Assembly: GCA_021156225.1 (NCBI GenBank)
Contig: JAJNBN010000001.1
Coordinates: 1-28,905, forward strand
DNA from: Verrucomicrobiota bacterium
GTDB taxonomy: Bacteria > Verrucomicrobiota > Verrucomicrobiia > Limisphaerales > JAEYXS01
Direction: 5' to 3'
DNA length: 28,905 nt
Position numbers and translations under genes: made by a program. Positions 22,793 to 28,905 of this stretch are shown one piece after another. The notes below the pieces were generated by a model. It searched no databases and had not been told where the DNA came from. It saw only the letters and a list, made by a program, of their open reading frames with translations. Each line of letters begins with the position of its first letter. Within the stretch, counting starts at the first letter, position 1.

Positions 22793-23743
22793 TCAGAATA
22801 CCGCCGGGCAGCCTTCTTCCAGAAACCTCAGGTGCTGGTTAAGGCCCTTTTGGTGGCAGAGCTCCTGCATCCAGCGCGGAGGCTCGTTCATGTCTTCAAA
22901 GGAAAGCTTGAACGTGCCGTAGTGCATCGGCACCAGCCATTTTGCTTTCAGGTCCAGGAACACTTGCACGGCATCATCCGGTCCCATGTGCGTGCGCCGG
23001 AAAGAATCGGGATAGTACGCGCCGATGGGCAGGAGCGCGATCTCCGGCGCGCAACGTTCACCGATCTCGCAGAAGCCCTCAAAATACGCGCTGTCTCCGG
23101 CGTGATACACTTTGCGCCCTTGATGCTCCAAAATGAAGCCACCGTAACCACGATGATGATCATGCAAGGTGCGGGCGCCCCAATGCTTGCTCGGCACCAG
23201 CGTGACTTTCCAATCTCCCTTCTGATAACTCTCCCACCATTTCAGCTCGATGACATTCTCGAATCCCAATCCTTTCGCGAGCGGCGCCATGCCCCACGGC
23301 ATCACGCCGAGTTTCGGGTGCGGTAGCTTCTTAAGTGAGGGCCGGTGGAAATGATCGAAGTGCGCGTGCGTGAGCAGTACGAGATCAATGGGCGGCAGGT
23401 CCTCAATCTTAAGACCCGCGTGCTTGAGACGTTTCAGCAGAAAAATCCAATTTGCAAAATTTGGATCCACCAGAGCATTGAGGTCGTTGAACTGAATCAG
23501 AAATGAGGCGTGGCCGATCCACGTCAGTGCGACCTCGCCATGGTTCAACGTCGGAAACTCCGGTTTGCGATGTCCACCCGTGCGCTTGGTGATGAGCGCC
23601 TTCCAGACCATCTCATGAAAGAAGGTGCGAGGGTTGAAGTGATTGCCCGGGGTCAAGTCCTTCAAAGAGCGCGGGATACGTCGCGTGGGACGATAGGGCT
23701 CGTGGGCTTTGGGTTGGCCTTTTCCGTCACTCATATCACTCAT
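22793..23743 (-). CDS. MBL-fold metallo-hydrolase (RomA / NAPE-PLD-like)
   Basis: TWIGHASFLIQ, DP, THAHFDH (HxHxDH), PSKHW, YHAGDS, ALLPIGAY and PMHYGTF. Start moved from 23890 to ATG 23743 (23734 possible), with TACTTT 7 nt upstream. Confidence 0.9.
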   Translation of the reverse strand: MSDMSDGKGQPKAHEPYRPTRRIPRSLKDLTPGNHFNPRTFFHEMVWKALITKRTGGHRKPEFPTLNHGEVALTWIGHASFLIQFNDLNALVDPNFANWIFLLKRLKHAGLKIEDLPPIDLVLLTHAHFDHFHRPSLKKLPHPKLGVMPWGMAPLAKGLGFENVIELKWWESYQKGDWKVTLVPSKHWGARTLHDHHRGYGGFILEHQGRKVYHAGDSAYFEGFCEIGERCAPEIALLPIGAYYPDSFRRTHMGPDDAVQVFLDLKAKWLVPMHYGTFKLSFEDMNEPPRWMQELCHQKGLNQHLRFLEEGCPAVF

Positions 23744-23841
23744 CGCGTTTAAAGTAGCCCATCGGCGCCTGAATAAAAAGAAATCTTCGGCGTCGATATA
23801 GATGTTGGCACAAAAAGCCGACAGAAGCAAAAAGGCAAAGT

Positions 23842-24261
23842 ATGAAAAAAGTCGTAACCGCCCTTGCAATTTGCGGAATATTGATCGCAAGCGCGCAGCA
23901 ATCCCACGCCGGTGACCGTGAATGGGCCACGGCCGGCAAAGTACTCACTGGCGTCATCGCCGGAGCCGTGATCGCAAGGTCCTTCGAGCCCGCGCCGGTA
24001 GTTTATGCGCCCGCTCCCGTAGTCTATCAGCAAGCACCCGTAGTTTATCAACCGGCACCTACAGTGGTGTATCAGCCCGCGCCCGTAGTGGTGCATCCGC
24101 GCGTGGTTTACGGACGTCCGGTCCACGTGCATCCCGCTCCCATTTGCACTCCGCCGCCCCGCGTGGTGGTGTGCCCGCCGCCGGTGCATTGCGCGCCCGC
24201 TCCGGTGATCAGCCGTCACTACAGCTTCGGCCATCGCCCGCCGCATCGAGTTTGCTGGTGA
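23842..24261 (+). CDS. Small exported proline-rich repeat protein (PXPV-like)
   Basis: Signal peptide ending in SHA|GD, a Gly-zipper-like TGVIAGAVIA and tandem PAPVVY(A/Q) units, followed by a terminator. Confidence 0.8.
   Translation: MKKVVTALAICGILIASAQQSHAGDREWATAGKVLTGVIAGAVIARSFEPAPVVYAPAPVVYQQAPVVYQPAPTVVYQPAPVVVHPRVVYGRPVHVHPAPICTPPPRVVVCPPPVHCAPAPVISRHYSFGHRPPHRVCW
23986..24090 (+). repeat. Degenerate in-frame 21-bp tandem repeat encoding PAPVVY(A/Q)
   Basis: About 5 units: EPAPVVY / APAPVVY / QQAPVVY / QPAPTVVY / QPAPVVV. Confidence 0.7.
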
Positions 24262-24295
24262 TTTCAGTTCCCGGGAGGAACCGAAAAATTCAGCT

Positions 24296-24327
24296 ACCTG
24301 TCCGGTGCTTCACCGGACAGGTTTTTT
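24296..24327 (+). terminator. Rho-independent terminator after the Pro-rich gene
   Basis: ACCTGTCCGGTG-ctt-CACCGGACAGGT followed by TTTTT. Confidence 0.85.
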
Positions 24328-24367
24328 ATTGGCGTGAAAACTGCACGGTTCATACTAAACGGGACAC

Positions 24368-24922
24368 ATGGAAAAACTTATCGGCCAGTTAAATACTTTT
24401 CTGCGCAAACAACCGCGCCTGGGAAAAGATGTCTATATCGCGAAGTCCGCCGTGGTTCTCGGTGATGTGACGTTGGGCGACAATTCCAGTGTGTGGTACA
24501 ACGCCACGGTACGCGGGGACATCAACCGCATCGAGATCGGCCATCACTCCAATATCCAGGATAACGCCGTGCTCCATCTCGCGGATGATTTTCCATGCCT
24601 CATCGGCAACTGGGTTACCATAGGCCACTCCGCCATCGTGCACGCCTGCACCATTGGTGATGAATGTCTCATCGGCATGGGCGCCACGGTCCTCGATGGT
24701 GCCGTGATCGGCGAGCAATGCATCATCGGCGCGAACGCACTGGTCACGCAGGGCACTATCATTCCCGCGGGCTCCATGGTGGTCGGCTCTCCCGGCAAAG
24801 TGAAACGGGCCCTCACCGCAGAAGAACGTGCCGGCCTGAAATACTGGGCTGAGAAATACGTAGTGAACTCCGCCTACTGCCTGCAGCACGGGATCAATGT
24901 CGGTGGACCATTGCCGACGTAA
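24368..24922 (+). CDS. Gamma carbonic anhydrase family protein (YrdA/CaiE-like, left-handed beta-helix)
   Basis: GDVTLG..SSVWYNATVRGD, SNIQDNAVLH, TIGHSAIVHACTIG and LIGMGA hexapeptide repeats with the His ligands present. Confidence 0.93.
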   Translation: MEKLIGQLNTFLRKQPRLGKDVYIAKSAVVLGDVTLGDNSSVWYNATVRGDINRIEIGHHSNIQDNAVLHLADDFPCLIGNWVTIGHSAIVHACTIGDECLIGMGATVLDGAVIGEQCIIGANALVTQGTIIPAGSMVVGSPGKVKRALTAEERAGLKYWAEKYVVNSAYCLQHGINVGGPLPT

Positions 24923-24944
24923 GCCGTTTCCATCTCTCGCGGAA

Positions 24945-24983
24945 AAACAAAAAAGACCGGCCTTCGCCGGTCTTTTTCGTTTT
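24945..24983. terminator. Bidirectional Rho-independent terminator between convergent genes
   Basis: A-tract, GACCGGC-cttc-GCCGGTC, T-tract. Confidence 0.88.
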
Positions 24984-24999
24984 CAATATTTTCGAACAC

Positions 25000-27921
25000 T
25001 CAATTCACAAACGTCGCCTCGTTCGTCTGCAAAAGCGCGTGCGCGTACTTGTCCCATGCACCCAATGTCTTCGGCGCGCTCTTCACTGCCGCGGGCTGGC
25101 GATCCATCCCTTTGCCTTTGCCCTTCGCTTTCGGATTCGCCGGTGCCGCAGGCTGGACACTTGCCACCACCGGCACCACATCAGTCGCCGGTGTGCTGCT
25201 CAGAAACGCCAGTCCCAGCTTGATCTCCGTCTCCGAAGGCAACCGCTGTAAGATCAGTTCATACAGCATCTTGATGCGGTCATCATCTTCCTCAATCGCC
25301 TTGAAGTCCTTGCGCTCCGTCAGGTTCCGCGCCTGCTCCACCACCAGCGGGCTGTTCATCATGAAGAGCGATTGCTGCGGCACGATCGTCTCATACCGTT
25401 TGCCCGTCGTGATGTCCGGATTCGCGAAATCGAAATTGTTCATCACCTCCGGCACCTTCGCGCGATCGATGTAGCCATACACCGTGCGCCGCGTGGAATA
25501 CGGTTCGCTCATCAGGTTCACCGGCTTGCCGCCCATCGTTTTGTCCAGCTTGTCACCCATCGCGAGGAGTGAATCCCGCAACGCCTCGAACTCCAACCGC
25601 CGGATGTTCGCGCGCCACAGCAGGCGATTGTAAGGATCTTGCTGCGCGAACTGCGCATTGTTCTCGCTGCTCTGCTGATAGGTGTACGTCATCATGATCT
25701 TCTTGTGCAGCGCCTTCACCGACCAGCCGCTCGCCATGAAATCATTCGCCAGATAATCCAGCAATTCCGGATGGCTCGGCGGCGTGCTCTGCGTGCCGAA
25801 ATCATCCGGCGTCAATACGAAGCCGTCACCGAAATGATGCATCCAGATGCGGTTCACCGCCACGCGTGCGGTCAAAGGATTGTCTTTTGAAGCGATTGAC
25901 TTCGCGAGTTCCAGACGACCGCTGCCATCGCGGAAAGGTTGCTTGCCCTCGCTGAAAATCTCCAGGAACCGCCGCGGCACCACCGGCCCGCGACTGCCCG
26001 CTTCACCGCGGATGAATACATACGAATCCTTCGGGCTCTCCGAATCATTGATCACCATCGCCCGCGCAGGCGCACCCGGATGACTGCCTTCCAGTTGCGA
26101 GATGGCCGAACGCAGCCGCGTCTCACGTCCCTGCAGATTGCGCGGCAGCGCGCGTCGCAAGGCCTCGAGCGGATCTTCGTTATTTCGAGCTGCCGGAAAA
26201 ATCGCCATCCGCACCGCTTCTTGGTTTACATCCGGCAACGCCTTGGCCTTGGGATTGCGGGCGGATACTTCCTGCCAGCGCGTCTCCACCGTGTTAAAGG
26301 CGCGTCCGTAGATGCCCGCCACCTGCGCCATGGAGGTCGGATAAACACCTCTGAATTGATTCGCGATGAACGGATTGATCGGCTTGCGTTTGTCCGCATT
26401 TGCCGCGATGCGCGTCGAGATCTCTTTCGATTTCGTCGCGAACTCGCTGTCCGACAATCTCGCAAATTCATGATACGGCCCCATTACCGGATCGTTACCG
26501 CGCCGCGTCCGGTTCACGACAGTCTGCCACAGCCGCACGGCTTCCTGGTTCAGCTTGTGTTTACGCACGAGCGCACCTACCTCGCTCTGCGGTTTGCCCT
26601 TCGCCTCGTCGATGATCGCCAGATACATGCCCGCGTTCTTGCGCAGGTCGCCAACGAATTCGCCCACGTCCTTGCGATAGAATTCCTGCAAGTCATTCTC
26701 CAGCTTCGCCCGCTGCGTCTGGTAGGCCTGATACTCCGGCGTCTTCTCGTTCACGTCCGTGATGAGCGGCTTCTCCTTCGGCTCCGTGGAACTCATGAAG
26801 ATGCCGTGCAACGCGTAATAATCCTCCGTGGGCAACGGATCAAACATGTGATCATGGCACCGCGAGCACGCCACCGTCAGCGCCTGAAATCCCTTTGTCA
26901 CCGTATCGATGCGGTCATTGATGATCTCGTTCTGCTGGTTGTCGAAACGGTTGCCCAGCGTGATGAAGCCCAAGGCCGCCAGCGACGTCTTGTCTTTCAA
27001 GTTCATGCGGTCCGCCGCGAGCTGTTCCATGATGAACTGGTCATACGGCTTGTCCTCATTGAACGCCTTGATCACATAATCCCGGTAAGTATAGGCGTAA
27101 GGATAATGGAAATCTTCCCGCTGCCCGTTCACTTCACCCTTCGTATCCGCATAGCGGGCCACATCGAGCCAGTAGCGGCCCCAACGCTCGCCGTATTGCG
27201 GCGAAGCCAGCAGGCGATCTATGAGTTTCTCATAAGCATTGGCCGAATCGTCCGCGAGGAACGCCTTCACTTCTTCCGGCGTCGGCGGCAGGCCGATCAG
27301 GTCGAACGTCGCCCGGCGGATGAGCGTCCGCTTGTCTGCCAGTTTGTTCGGATACATGTTCTTCGCCTCCAGCTTGGCGACGATGAAATTATCGATGTCA
27401 TTCTTCACCCACTGCTGCGCGTTCACCGTCGGCACGGCCGGCTTGGTGACGGGCTTGAAAGCCCAGTGATTCGCTGCCGCGGCATTGCCATAACCCTTCG
27501 CTGTCTTGGCTCCTTCGCTCTGCGGCACCGGTGCGCCCATTTTGATCCACACCACGAAATCCGCCACCACACTGCTCGGCAGCTTTTCTTTCGGCGGCAT
27601 CTGCATGTCCGGATCACCATACGCGATGGCGCGGATGAGCATGCTCTTCTCCACATTGCCCGGCACCACCGAGGGACTCCCGCTATCACCGCCACGCAGC
27701 ATCCCTTCCTTCGTATCCAGCGTCAGGCCACCCTTCACCTTGGCCTCGGTGCCGCTGTGACACTTGTAACATTTTTCCACCAACACCGGCGCGATCTTCG
27801 TGTTGTAGAACTCAAGCTGCTGCTTGATCACATCATTCGCGCGCGATGATGGCGCGAACACCAGCGCCAACGCACCGAGCGCGAGCGCTGCTGACCGGTT
27901 GGTTAAGGTTGGGAATTTCAT
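25000..27921 (-). CDS. PSD1 / PSCyt2 / planctomycete cytochrome C (DUF1553-DUF1549-PSCyt1) protein
   Basis: CYKCH (27757-27771), HWAF.P, LIRRATFDLIGLPPT, YGERWGRYWLDVARYADT, CSRCHDH (26854-26868), GRLELA, NPLTARV.VNRIW, HPELLDYLA and RRLEFEALRD. Confidence 0.94.
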   Translation of the reverse strand: MKFPTLTNRSAALALGALALVFAPSSRANDVIKQQLEFYNTKIAPVLVEKCYKCHSGTEAKVKGGLTLDTKEGMLRGGDSGSPSVVPGNVEKSMLIRAIAYGDPDMQMPPKEKLPSSVVADFVVWIKMGAPVPQSEGAKTAKGYGNAAAANHWAFKPVTKPAVPTVNAQQWVKNDIDNFIVAKLEAKNMYPNKLADKRTLIRRATFDLIGLPPTPEEVKAFLADDSANAYEKLIDRLLASPQYGERWGRYWLDVARYADTKGEVNGQREDFHYPYAYTYRDYVIKAFNEDKPYDQFIMEQLAADRMNLKDKTSLAALGFITLGNRFDNQQNEIINDRIDTVTKGFQALTVACSRCHDHMFDPLPTEDYYALHGIFMSSTEPKEKPLITDVNEKTPEYQAYQTQRAKLENDLQEFYRKDVGEFVGDLRKNAGMYLAIIDEAKGKPQSEVGALVRKHKLNQEAVRLWQTVVNRTRRGNDPVMGPYHEFARLSDSEFATKSKEISTRIAANADKRKPINPFIANQFRGVYPTSMAQVAGIYGRAFNTVETRWQEVSARNPKAKALPDVNQEAVRMAIFPAARNNEDPLEALRRALPRNLQGRETRLRSAISQLEGSHPGAPARAMVINDSESPKDSYVFIRGEAGSRGPVVPRRFLEIFSEGKQPFRDGSGRLELAKSIASKDNPLTARVAVNRIWMHHFGDGFVLTPDDFGTQSTPPSHPELLDYLANDFMASGWSVKALHKKIMMTYTYQQSSENNAQFAQQDPYNRLLWRANIRRLEFEALRDSLLAMGDKLDKTMGGKPVNLMSEPYSTRRTVYGYIDRAKVPEVMNNFDFANPDITTGKRYETIVPQQSLFMMNSPLVVEQARNLTERKDFKAIEEDDDRIKMLYELILQRLPSETEIKLGLAFLSSTPATDVVPVVASVQPAAPANPKAKGKGKGMDRQPAAVKSAPKTLGAWDKYAHALLQTNEATFVN

Positions 27922-27936
27922 ACGCGTCTCACTCCG

Positions 27937-28905
27937 TTACGCCATGATCCCCTTAACCGGCACCCCAAAGTTGTCCGTTAAACGGAAGTCACGGCCGTTG
28001 TAACGATACGTCAGCTTCTCGTGATCGAAGCCCAGCAGGCCAAGGATCGTCGCGTGCAGATCATGGATGTGCACCTTGTTCTCTACCGCGCGCGCACCGA
28101 ATTCATCCGTCGCGCCGTAGATCGTGCCGCCCTTCACGCCACCGCCCGCCAGCCATGTGCTGAAAGCCCGGCTATTATGATCGCGGCCCGGATCCGCATT
28201 GCCATTGCGATCGCGCGTCACCGTGCGACCGAACTCACCACCCCACACCACCAACGTGCTGTCCAGCAACCCGCGCTGCTTCAAATCCTTCAGGAACGCC
28301 CCCACCGGCTGGTCCACCTCACGCGCCTTCGCGGAGAGACGATCTTCCAAATCCTGATGATGATCCCAGCCGCCCTGCCACGCCTGCACGAAGCGCACCC
28401 CGCGCTCAATAAGACGCCGCGCGATGAGCATCTGCCGCCCCTGCGCCGTGTTGCCATACATGTCGCGGATGGCCTGCGGTTCCTTCGAAATGTCGAAGGC
28501 ATCCGTCGCCTCCGTCTGCATCTTGAACGCCATCTCGTACGCCTCCAGCCTCGCTTCCAGTTGGATGTCCTTCTGGAGATTCTGGCTGTGCATGTAATTC
28601 AGCTTGTGGATGAGATCTAGCTGCCGCCGCTGTTCCGTCTGGGAGGCATACTGGTTCTTGATGTTCTCGATCAAGTCCTCCACCCGTTGCGACGACGTGT
28701 TGATGCTCGTCCCTTGGAACACACCCGGCAGGAAAGACGATTGCCAGTTCTGCGTGCCACCCGGCGGCACATTACCCGGACGCAGGGAAATATAGCCCGG
28801 CATATTCTGGTTCACGCTGCCCAACCCATAAAGCACCCAGGCACCCATGCTCGGTTTCGGGAGCCGCAACGAGCCCGTGTTCATCATCACCGTCGCCACT
28901 TCATG
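27937..28905 (-). CDS. DUF1501 domain protein, C-terminal part (5' end outside window)
   Basis: Frame is open to the window end (HEVATVMMNTG). PSMGAWVLYGLGS.NQNMPGY, W.SSFLPG..QG, ARRLIERGVRFV, WDHH, GEFGRT, GRDHN, GGGVKGG and HDLHATIL. Confidence 0.93.
   Translation of the reverse strand, partial: HEVATVMMNTGSLRLPKPSMGAWVLYGLGSVNQNMPGYISLRPGNVPPGGTQNWQSSFLPGVFQGTSINTSSQRVEDLIENIKNQYASQTEQRRQLDLIHKLNYMHSQNLQKDIQLEARLEAYEMAFKMQTEATDAFDISKEPQAIRDMYGNTAQGRQMLIARRLIERGVRFVQAWQGGWDHHQDLEDRLSAKAREVDQPVGAFLKDLKQRGLLDSTLVVWGGEFGRTVTRDRNGNADPGRDHNSRAFSTWLAGGGVKGGTIYGATDEFGARAVENKVHIHDLHATILGLLGFDHEKLTYRYNGRDFRLTDNFGVPVKGIMA

Noticed and set aside
23744-23890. Apparent overlap of the MBL hydrolase and Pro-rich genes
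   Set aside because: The overlap disappears with the MBL start at 23743; the extension is AT-rich divergent promoter DNA.
25939-27849. 636-aa antisense ORF over the PSD1 gene
   Set aside because: Arg/Leu/His-rich with no motifs. It is a shadow of strong C/G-ending codon bias, where few TTA/CTA/TCA codons give few antisense stops.

Overview
A ~60% GC, gene-dense chromosomal window that looks like a PVC-superphylum bacterium. Verrucomicrobiota is the most likely source, inferred from the DUF1501/PSD1, DUF1592/DUF1552, sulfatase and short TPR gene content. I can support 24 protein-coding genes, two cut by the window edges, many with predicted export signals. In order: spermidine-synthase-like membrane protein (partial), DUF1080 protein, sulfatase with HEAT tail, signal-peptide SAM methyltransferase, TPR protein, GH31 glycosidase, small low-GC lipoprotein, Lrp/AsnC regulator, alpha/beta hydrolase, a DUF1592 (2x CxxCH) - DUF1552 - ankyrin operon, large exported hypothetical, S1C protease, bacterial PH protein, Sel1 protein, second sulfatase, Rv2952-like methyltransferase, MBL hydrolase, Pro-rich repeat protein, gamma-CA family protein, and DUF1501 (partial) - PSD1/PSCyt cytochrome. 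I found no rRNA, tRNA, CRISPR array, integrase or transposase. Most of this is ordinary PVC genome and I cannot claim a clearly new system. The best leads are: (1) two three-hairpin GTAG-REP-like elements with compensatory base changes that bracket an exported methyltransferase gene; (2) two uncharacterised periplasmic heme-c modules; (3) a recurring -35/-10/5-7 nt/ATG layout suggesting many leaderless mRNAs; (4) a GH31 with altered active-site motifs; (5) an orphan homologue of mycobacterial lipid methyltransferases. All family calls come from motif recognition, with no database search run.
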